Below are positions 1 to 7,700 of a DNA stretch of 11,566 nt, piece after piece (position 1 is the first letter of the stretch; the number at the start of each line of letters is the position of its first letter). Source of the stretch: Candidatus Thorarchaeota archaeon (GTDB lineage: Archaea > Asgardarchaeota > Thorarchaeia > Thorarchaeales > Thorarchaeaceae); NCBI GenBank assembly GCA_038893995.1, contig JAWAQK010000067.1:1-11566 (forward strand), given 5' to 3'. The notes beneath the pieces were generated by a model. The model was not told the DNA's origin, ran no database searches, and saw nothing but the letters and a program-made list of their open reading frames with translations. Both the position numbers and the translations under genes were made by a program.

Positions 1-478
1 TGTATCCCTTCAGATACTCTTCTACAACATGCCCGTCTGGAACATTGGTGTCGGTCCTCACCGAAACTGAGTGTTGGTAGTACGGATCGTATGGTCTGCC
101 TATCGACTCGATGGGACGGATACCCTCCTGTTCTAGTATTCGCCACATCTGTCGCTCAATGGCCGACACGCCGTCCCATGCAGCCTTTGGATTCTTCGCA
201 AAGTCGGTCTGTAGGGCCCGCTGCAGATTGTCATAGACCTCGAGAAACTTCAACAGGAGCCGTTCATTTGCAGACTGAGTGATCTCTAGGATACGGGCCT
301 CCATCCTCTTACGATAGTTGTCGAAGTCGGCCGAGGTCCTCTGAAGCATCTGCAGGAGCTCTCCATTGCTTAGCTGGGGGACAGACGTGCCCTTCTCGGG
401 GGGTGATGTGGACTCGCCAGCATCAGATGTTGCATCAGGAGCCTTCTCTGGCAGCTTGGATTCTTCGTCGCCAGTCAT
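1..478 (-). CDS. grpE: Nucleotide exchange factor GrpE (5' part; 3' end beyond the left edge of the window)
   Basis: Hand translation from ATG at 478 is open to the window edge: MTGDEESKLPEKAPDATSDAGES...LQRTSADFDNYRKRM...LLLKFLEVYDNLQRAL...GVSAIERQMWRILEQEGIRPIESIGRPYDPYYQHSVS...DGHVVEEYLKGY. The motifs ADFDNYRKR, DNLxRAL, G..(F/Y)DP and V.E...KGY are diagnostic of GrpE. SD-like AGGTGG at about 489-494. Confidence 0.95.
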   Translation of the reverse strand, partial: MTGDEESKLPEKAPDATSDAGESTSPPEKGTSVPQLSNGELLQMLQRTSADFDNYRKRMEARILEITQSANERLLLKFLEVYDNLQRALQTDFAKNPKAAWDGVSAIERQMWRILEQEGIRPIESIGRPYDPYYQHSVSVRTDTNVPDGHVVEEYLKGY

Positions 479-604
479 ACCGAGCAGACCACCTATCCTC
501 TACCCCGGACAGACCAGAAACAATCAGAAGCGGGCGCAACCTGTGCTTGCCAGGCCTGCGCTGCTACATGTGGTGACTCGCTGCGTGAGTCCCAGACAAT
601 CCAA

Positions 605-620
605 GAAAAAGCTTTCGTAA
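605..620. promoter_or_regulatory. Candidate back-to-back promoter core for the divergent grpE and sirtuin genes
   Basis: Most AT-rich patch in the 479-657 spacer (GAAAAAGCTTTCGTAA), centred on palindrome AAAGCTTT (608-615). Each strand reads as an A-rich BRE-like run followed by a degenerate T-rich box. Confidence 0.3.
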
Positions 621-657
621 TGGCCACGGGCAAGAGATATCTAGAGATTCTCGCTGA

Positions 658-1434
658 ATGTGGCTCATGCTGCCCAGCGACAGCGTTCGTGAGGCCCAAA
701 GAATGGTCAAGGAGGCCAGAAGGATAAGTGCTCTCACTGGTGCGGGTATAAGCGTCGACTCAGGCATACCCGATTTCAGCTCCGATGCAGGACTATGGAA
801 GAGATATGACCCTCTTGAGTATGTCACCCATGAGAGCTTCTTGAATGACCCGACCAAGTTCTGGACAATGGGAAGAGAGATTGCAGGACTACTACTCAAC
901 GCGAAACCAAATGCAGCCCACATCGCACTGAGTCAGCTTGAGAAGCAGGATCGCCTAATAGGTATCATCACACTGAACATAGACAACCTGCATCAGCTTG
1001 CTGGTAACACTCGGGTGATCGAGCTTCGCGGAAACTACTTGAGAGCAGACTGCACCGAGTGCGGACGTACCTACTTCGGCGAAGAAGTACATCGGCGGGT
1101 AGCCGGGGGACAGATTCCGCCTCGATGCGAAGAATGCCAGGGGGTCCTGAAGTCCGAGGCGGTGCTATTCGGTGAACCACTTCACAAGGATGCGATGAGG
1201 AGGGCCATAGAGGTCTGCAAGGGAACGGATCTGATGCTCGTCATCGGAACGAGTCTACAGGTCTATCCTGCGGCGTATCTCCCAGAACTCGCAAGGAAGA
1301 ATGGGGCGAGAATCATACTTGTATCGCTGAGAGGGGTTGACCGTCACGGTATAGCTGACATCATTGTGAGGGGACGTGCGTCCGAGGTACTTCCCGCCAT
1401 CGTCGGGCTAGGAGAGTGGAAAGTTGAGCCATGA
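658..1434 (+). CDS. cobB: Sir2/sirtuin family protein (CobB-like NAD-dependent deacylase fold) with non-canonical active site
   Basis: Motifs ALTGAGISVDSGIPDF, PNAAHIAL, ITLNIDNLHQLAG, Zn-ribbon CTEC...CEEC, VLFGEPL and IGTSLQVYPAAYLP. The catalytic HG motif reads RG (see findings). The start could be 658 or 667. Confidence 0.93.
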   Translation: MWLMLPSDSVREAQRMVKEARRISALTGAGISVDSGIPDFSSDAGLWKRYDPLEYVTHESFLNDPTKFWTMGREIAGLLLNAKPNAAHIALSQLEKQDRLIGIITLNIDNLHQLAGNTRVIELRGNYLRADCTECGRTYFGEEVHRRVAGGQIPPRCEECQGVLKSEAVLFGEPLHKDAMRRAIEVCKGTDLMLVIGTSLQVYPAAYLPELARKNGARIILVSLRGVDRHGIADIIVRGRASEVLPAIVGLGEWKVEP

Positions 1435-1737
1435 GTATGCGGCAAGTACTGCGGGCAGTATCAGCACGCCAACTCCGATGCATAGTAGGCCGATTAGGTA
1501 TCGGTCATGGTCCATCAGCCAGAGGCCAAGATACGAGTATCCGTATGAAACGACGCACGAGGTGAATCCGAAGACGATAACTACATGAAGTGGGAGAGCG
1601 ATGGAGAAGAAGCTACCAGGTTGGGTCCACAGCAGACCACCGGTCAGGACTACGGCGCCTCCCCGGACAACGAGGAAGACGATTATTGACACCAATAGAC
1701 CGACTTGCGAGAACGTGAGTCTGGCTGATAGGCTCAT
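1408..1737 (-). CDS. Hypothetical small membrane protein (about 3 TM helices)
   Basis: 109-aa ORF with three hydrophobic segments that fills the gap between the sirtuin and citG. TATA-like TTATAG (1771-1776) lies about 34 nt upstream. 27-nt convergent overlap with the sirtuin. Confidence 0.65.
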   Translation of the reverse strand: MSLSARLTFSQVGLLVSIIVFLVVRGGAVVLTGGLLWTQPGSFFSIALPLHVVIVFGFTSCVVSYGYSYLGLWLMDHDRYLIGLLCIGVGVLILPAVLAAYSWLNFPLS

Positions 1738-1829
1738 CTTGATCTGGGAAACAGGTCACATGCACCTGGCCTATAACGGTTTCCCTTGATGGCCCAGCTT
1801 CATAAACCCTGTCGTAATGAGGCCAACCC

Positions 1830-2810
1830 ATGCGGAACATTGCCTGGGAGATCACAAGTCTTGCGCAGCTTGCAATGCTGCTTGAGGTCAGTTCACCAAA
1901 GCCTGGCAATGTCAACAGGAGTAATGACTTCTCTGATATGGCGTACAGGAACTTCCTTGCCACTGCCGCCCTTGCGGCTCGAGGTTATCATCTATCTGCA
2001 CAACGAGGTATCCGGCTCGCACGCGGAGGACTGGCAGTGGCCAGGACTGGCATTGGAGGCCTGATACTCACATGTTCTCGCGACTGTTTCAGGGGAATCA
2101 ATCAGTCCAACACGATATTCGGCACCATTGCACTCTATGTTCCGCTAATTGTCTCGGCGTCAGCTGCAATAACTGAATCAGGAAGGTTTACAGTCGCTGG
2201 TGTCAGAAGGTGGTTCTCGACTATCATGAGTCAGACGACTGTGGACGACTCTATAGACTTCGTAAGAGCCCTCAAGATTGCGGGACCAGGGGGCAATATG
2301 AACAGACTCACGCCCCAGTGGACAAGTGTGCACACGCGTTATGACATCGAGAGTCCCACAGTGGAACTGAATCTGGTTGAGGACAGTGTGACACTGGAGA
2401 GGCTTCTCGCCATCTCAGCTTCTGTGGACCAGCTATCATCAGAGCTCCACCAAAGGCTGCCTACAACTCTTGATTTCGCCTATCCTCTGCTTCATGAACG
2501 TTCGGGCGGGCTCGACTCGATAGAGGAGGCCATTGTCGATACATACCTGCAGTTGTTGGCATTGAGACCTGATGGCCTGATTGCAAAGAAGATGGGCTCA
2601 GAAGCGGCAGAGATGGTCAGGAGACTGGCAGAGAGTTGCCTCCATCGTCGGATGCGGGGCGAGCCACTCGGCCCTGTGGTCGCGGAACTTGACGATAGTC
2701 TGAGAAGTTCTTTGAATTCGCTCAACCCAGGTACAACCGCGGACATTGTTTCCGCAGCAGTGTTCTGTGAGCTGCTCAGCCAGAGATTTGACCTATCCGA
2801 GGATTCCTGA
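1830..2810 (+). CDS. citG: Triphosphoribosyl-dephospho-CoA synthase family protein (archaeal-type CitG)
   Basis: Motifs LLEVSSPKPGNVNR..DF.D, SNTIFG...YVPL, PDGLIAKKMG and C-terminal LNPGTTADIVSAAVF match the CitG family as found in archaea. TTCATAAA at 1799-1806 with no SD suggests a leaderless mRNA. Confidence 0.9.
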   Translation: MRNIAWEITSLAQLAMLLEVSSPKPGNVNRSNDFSDMAYRNFLATAALAARGYHLSAQRGIRLARGGLAVARTGIGGLILTCSRDCFRGINQSNTIFGTIALYVPLIVSASAAITESGRFTVAGVRRWFSTIMSQTTVDDSIDFVRALKIAGPGGNMNRLTPQWTSVHTRYDIESPTVELNLVEDSVTLERLLAISASVDQLSSELHQRLPTTLDFAYPLLHERSGGLDSIEEAIVDTYLQLLALRPDGLIAKKMGSEAAEMVRRLAESCLHRRMRGEPLGPVVAELDDSLRSSLNSLNPGTTADIVSAAVFCELLSQRFDLSEDS

Positions 2811-2978
2811 CACGATCACGGCCGCAAGGAAGAACAGCAGGATTCCTGTGGGCACCAGCATGATCTTCGCCTCGAGCCTCTTCGTGGCCCGTACCTCGTT
2901 ACGCGGACCCAGGTAGTATGCTATAAGTAGGATAGCCCCGAGTACGACAAGGATCAGTACAATTCCTTCATGCGCCAT
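2793..2978 (-). CDS. Hypothetical small membrane protein (2 TM helices, basic loop)
   Basis: 61 aa: hydrophobic helix, then GPRNEVRATKRLEAK loop, then hydrophobic helix. TTAAGTA box about 40 nt upstream (3015-3021). 18-nt convergent overlap with citG. Confidence 0.7.
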   Translation of the reverse strand: MAHEGIVLILVVLGAILLIAYYLGPRNEVRATKRLEAKIMLVPTGILLFFLAAVIVSGILG

Positions 2979-3184
2979 CCTAGACCTGCCCCGCAGTCGG
3001 ATGGACCTGATGAATACTTAACCTTGACTGAGACCGTTTGGGACCTACTCCCTGCCAGAGGAGTGTCAGCTCGTCACGACTGGTCCTTCAAACGCAGACG
3101 AGATCACGGCGGGGATGTCAAAAAGATGTTCAACTCGGTGATGAATGAAAATTCGCGTCAGGTGGCGTATTCGTTGGAGGAGGT

Positions 3185-3451
3185 TTACATGAGGGCCTGC
3201 CGAAAGACGTGTTCGTATTTCATCTTCAGTTCTCTGATTCGATCTGCATTCACCGAGTACAGTGGCTGACGCATGTCATTGAGGTTGGGAATCTTGCGAC
3301 AGAGGTCCCTACCGACCAACTTGCGTAGGGCAAAGGAGACCGTGCGAGGAGCGAGATCTACCTTACTGCTGAGCTCCTTGGGAGTCATAGGACCATATGT
3401 CTGCAGCTTGTCCAGGACTATGATCGCGCTTCTGGGAAGGTCAAGCGACAC
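3185..3451 (-). CDS. Winged helix-turn-helix transcriptional regulator (archaeal MarR-like)
   Basis: LPRSAIIVLDKL...GPMTPKELSSKVDLAPRTVSFALRKL...PNLNDMRQPLY: an HTH plus the MarR-type DxR wing motif. GTG start, with TATA-like CTTATATT at 3503-3510. Confidence 0.85.
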   Translation of the reverse strand: MSLDLPRSAIIVLDKLQTYGPMTPKELSSKVDLAPRTVSFALRKLVGRDLCRKIPNLNDMRQPLYSVNADRIRELKMKYEHVFRQALM

Positions 3452-3601
3452 TTTCTATCCCCGCCATCAGTACAATATGCCACAGGTCGTCAGGCGCTAG
3501 CCAATATAAGCTCTTGGTTGCATGTACCCCACGCTGTAGTTCCCTTGGACTCAGATAAGATTTAATGTGTGGTTGGGGGCACACACATCACGGCACCGTA
3601 A

Positions 3602-4588
3602 ATGAGAGTCTTCGTCACCCGTCGAATACCAGAGATAGGTCTGTCCCTGATGAGAAAATACGCCGACGTCAGGGTGTGGCCCCATACTGTACCACCCACG
3701 CGGGATCAGATTATCCGGGAGTCGAGGGGTTGCCAGGCGATCGTGACGTTACTCACGGACCAAATTGACAGAAATGTCATCGAGTCGATAGAGGGATTGA
3801 AGGCTATAGTTCAGTACGCTGCAGGCGTTGACAACATAGATATCCAGGCAGCCACCGAGAAGGGGATCATTGTCACAAACACACCAGGGGCCCTCACAGA
3901 AGCCACCGCGGACCTGACATGGGCATTGATCTTGGCTGCCTGCAGAAGGGTTGTCGAGGCCGACCGGGCAGTACGATCGGGAGAGTGGAAGGTGGCGTGG
4001 GAACCCACTGCATTCCTAGGAACAGACATACATGGGGCTACTCTCGGCATAGTAGGAATGGGGAGGATAGGCGCTGCAGTTGCCCGTAGGTCCGTCGGTT
4101 TCCGAATGAAGGTCCTGTACTACTCCAGATCCGATACTGACGTGTCACGGGCCATCGAAAGGGAGGTGGGTGCCACGAGGGTGACACTGGATATGCTACT
4201 GTCCAATTCCGACATAGTCACAGTCCATGTTCCACTCACTCCCCAGACTCGGCATATGATCGGAAGGGAGCAGCTGCGGATGATGAGGCCCGGCTCGGTG
4301 TTCATAAACACATCTCGGGGCGCAGTCGTCGACGAGAGGGCCCTCGAGGAGGCTCTCTTGTCGGGACACATCGGCGCAGCTGGACTCGATGTCTTCGAGA
4401 AGGAACCAATTCCAGTGAACAGTAGACTCGTGTCAATGAGGAATGTTGTTCTACTCCCTCACATAGGAAGCGCGACCCACGCCACGAGGAATAGGATGGC
4501 AGAGATGTGTGCACTCAATCTTGCGGCAATTGCGGAGGGAAAGACACCGCCCAACATAGTGAACCCAGGGACCGTAAGAGGGCAGTGA
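3602..4588 (+). CDS. gyaR: Glyoxylate reductase / D-glycerate dehydrogenase (D-isomer-specific 2-hydroxyacid dehydrogenase)
   Basis: MRVFVTRRIP start, GVDNID, VTNTPGALTEATADL, Rossmann motif GIVGMGRIG, and intact catalytic Arg (INTSRG), Glu (DVFEKEP) and His (PHIGSAT). Confidence 0.92.
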   Translation: MRVFVTRRIPEIGLSLMRKYADVRVWPHTVPPTRDQIIRESRGCQAIVTLLTDQIDRNVIESIEGLKAIVQYAAGVDNIDIQAATEKGIIVTNTPGALTEATADLTWALILAACRRVVEADRAVRSGEWKVAWEPTAFLGTDIHGATLGIVGMGRIGAAVARRSVGFRMKVLYYSRSDTDVSRAIEREVGATRVTLDMLLSNSDIVTVHVPLTPQTRHMIGREQLRMMRPGSVFINTSRGAVVDERALEEALLSGHIGAAGLDVFEKEPIPVNSRLVSMRNVVLLPHIGSATHATRNRMAEMCALNLAAIAEGKTPPNIVNPGTVRGQ

Positions 4589-4743
4589 CATATTCGTCAC
4601 GGGACACGCTCTGAGGCTGATTGCGCTACAGTCCCGGTCGGACGTAGCAACGTGAGAGCGGCATCGAAGCGGACGACCGGCCAAGAGGCACACTGGCAAG
4701 TCATCAAGATGCGACCCATATCGTCGTCATGACCGAGCGAGTG

Positions 4744-4774
4744 AAAAAAGAGCGTAAGGGGACCGAAGTCCCCT
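4744..4774 (-). terminator. Hairpin plus U-tract terminator / 3' stability element of the S8 protease mRNA
   Basis: The minus strand reads AGGGGAC-TTCG-GTCCCCT (perfect 7-bp stem, C(UUCG)G tetraloop, 4774-4757), then TACGCTC and TTTTTT (4749-4744). It begins 16 nt after the protease stop codon. Confidence 0.8.
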
Positions 4775-4790
4775 CTAATTGAACTAGATC

Positions 4791-7700
4791 CTACCGTCTC
4801 TTGACCAGGTACAGGATCAGAACGACCACCACTCCGACGCCAACACCGGCAAAGAAGCCAAGCATGACTGTACCAATGTCGATCGTCGGCACGAGGGGTA
4901 CTGTACCGGCCGTGAACGGTTCGGATTCAGCCTCGTCAGTCAGTCCGTAGGAGTCTGTGACCCTGATCTGGATCATGTAGAGCCGCTCATAGAACGGAGT
5001 GCTGTCCCATGTGTACGTCTTGCTGGTCAGTCCTGCCGCCAGGAGGTTCCAGGTGACACCTCCGTCGTGAGACTCGTGCACAGAGTACACGTGAGTGTCA
5101 TCAGCGTTCAGGTCGTACAGATCCCACGTGATTGTCTTGACGGCTCCAGCACCGGTCACTACGACGTTTGACAGGTGTGGCTTGAAGAAGTTGTTGATAC
5201 CCACGCCTGTGATCTGCGCAGAGAGCTTGACGTTCGTTCCAGTCTCAGCGTAGGCCGTGATGTCGAAGCTGCCATTGGCTCCCAGGGAGTAGGTGTCGAC
5301 CTGCTGCGCCTTTCCGAGAACCTTCGCAGGCTCCAGGCCGGATCGTGTATCGACAGTCACCGTGAAGGTTCCTGGCGCCCTGTCATAGTCGAAGATACCG
5401 ATTGCCAGTGTTCCGCTCCTGCTGGCTATGAACGAGCCGACCTCGGGATGAGCACCTGTGGCCATTTGGGATCCCAGGAGGTTGTTGCTGTAGGTCCAGG
5501 TCGTGTTGTCAGTGTCGGCCCACCAAGCCATGATGTCACAGTCGCCGTTGGTGAAGTCGACTGTCATTCTGACGTTGTCGCCAGCCTCGATGCCGGGCAC
5601 GAACACCCAGGCAAACTGCTCGAGATCTACGACTCCTGAGAACGGATTGTACCCTGCGACTGGAATGACCAGTGGTCCGGTCTCAGTGAAGTACAGACCC
5701 CTCAGGATCTTCAGCTGGGTGGTTGTCACGACGTACTCGGGCAGCCCAGCCACAGCGGCATCAGTCCAGGTGGCCTTGATTACCACGTGGTCGTCGGAGG
5801 CTGAGTCACCGCTGTTGAGCACGGTCGGGGTAGTGTGGGTCCGTCCAGTCCAGGTGAAGGTCACGGTTGGCGTTGGCAGCTCTTCGAGGCACAGGACCGT
5901 CAGGGTGAATGGAGTTGGTTGCGCACCCAGGTCGTTAGCCACGATGTGGATGAAGTACAGTCCAGTCCCAGGTATCTGTGCGATTGCAGCAGCTGAACCT
6001 GTGACTCCCACAGCATCGGCACTCGATGCGAGCTCGTAGCCGTTGGACTTCACTATCCATAGGTCGAAGTCCGAGTTGGGTGTGTTCCAGGTCAACCGTG
6101 CAGCAAGGATGTGAGCATTGCTGTCGTCCACATACACTGGGAACGATATGTGATCACCAGACTGCTCGTAGTAGGCGTTCATTGGCTCATAGGCGGCTCC
6201 ACGCTCGTAGGGCTCCATGAAGTTTCCGAAGCCGTCAGCAATGACCATGCTGCCGACGGTCGTATCGATGGTTGCCTTGACCATGTAGGAGTATGGAATC
6301 AGCCTGTAGCTGTACATTCCGGACGAGGAGGCATCTGTGATGTTGAGGTAGCCGTAGTGAATGCCGTACTCAGCGTCGGCCGGTACATTGAGAGTGACTG
6401 TCAGGTCAGATCCTGCTCCAGTCATCTGCAGTTCGCCGTTCGACACGAGCTCCCACACAACGATCGTCACGTTGATGTTGTGAGTCCTCGTCGGGCTCAG
6501 AGGACTGTCGACCACCATCACGATCGGATTGCCGGTCGGGAACAGGTCAGCTATCTTTGTGGGCGATGACAGATCGGTCTTGAACTTGTAGTTGTCCCCA
6601 CCATACTGCACACGAGTGAGCTCGTTGCCCAGACCAGTGTTCTTGTTGTAGTAGTCTGGGACACCGTTGGCGGGGCTAGTATCGGACCAATCGAAGATGA
6701 ACACCCACCAGCTTCCTGCCATCTCCTGTGGGGCGCTGAAGTAGAGAGTGGCGTATCGTGCATTCATGAGGGTGTTGAAGCTGTCGCCCATCTCATCAGA
6801 CAGGACGAACCAACCTCCTCTCCGTGTCGGGGTGGATGGATTGGATGTGTTCTCGAGGTACGTGTAGGTGGCCCATGTGGTAGTCCACGTAGCGAGTGCC
6901 CTGTATCCCATGCTGTCGTAGACTACGTCTCCAATCTGCACCGGGGATCCATCAGCAAATACACCGGACATGGTGATCTGTGCTGAGTCACCCGGATTCA
7001 CGATGCCGAAATACAGGCTGCTATCCATGAAGCCGGTTGGCGCTGAGGTCGAGTTGATGAATACGTCTCCCTGGGTGTATGGGTTCATCCAGAATGACCA
7101 CGCATCACTTACCGTCTGGGCGTAGTTCGACACAGAGTCAGTGTTCTGGAATACGACTCCAGAGACTCCCTCTAGGTACGCTATGGCGTTGTATGCGTTG
7201 ACCATTCCGTGACCCTGTGCAATAGCATCACTGCCCAGGTCAACAGCAGTGGACTGGACGATGACCTTTGCCTCGTCAGGCCTCAGCGTCGGTGTGTGCT
7301 GGTACATCAGTGCAACGACTCCAGCAACCTGTGGACAGGCCATGCTGGTACCGGCGTAGGTCGCGTACGAGCTCCCGAGACCCAGGAAGGTGCCGTGCCA
7401 TGGGATGATGCCATGGATGTTGCGACCGGGCGCAACCACGTCAGGCTTGACGTAGCCGCTCATGATGGGACCCCTTGATGAGAACTCTGCGATCTGGCCC
7501 CAACCCTGGTCGTCACCGTACGAATTCACAAAGGTGTGGTGGCTTGTCGCAGCACCGACTGACAGGGTGTAGGCATTGACTGGGGGCGTGGTCGTTGCGG
7601 AACCAGGTCCTGCATTGCCTGCTGAGAAGCAATACAGTATGCCAGGATAGCTCGCACCAAAGTAGCCCGGAGTTGAGAGGGCTGCGTACATCAGTGAATA

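Noticed and set aside
658-1434. Sirtuin as an anti-phage SIR2 NADase (Thoeris/DSR/Argonaute-associated)
   Set aside because: It has the housekeeping CobB architecture with a Zn ribbon, lacks the TTNYD-type motif, and has no defence partner genes nearby.
3007-3144. C/D-box-like words (CTGATGA 3007-3013, CTGA 3028-3031, GTGATGA 3138-3144)
   Set aside because: No complete C-D'-C'-D arrangement within 50-70 nt, and the first set overlaps the likely TATA box of the 61-aa gene. No GAAA or stems for a hammerhead either.
4586-4600. TGA stop of gyaR with an adjacent hairpin as possible selenocysteine readthrough
   Set aside because: GyaR is already full length at this stop (ends after PPNIVNP), the family has no Cys/Sec site there, and no SECIS consensus is seen.
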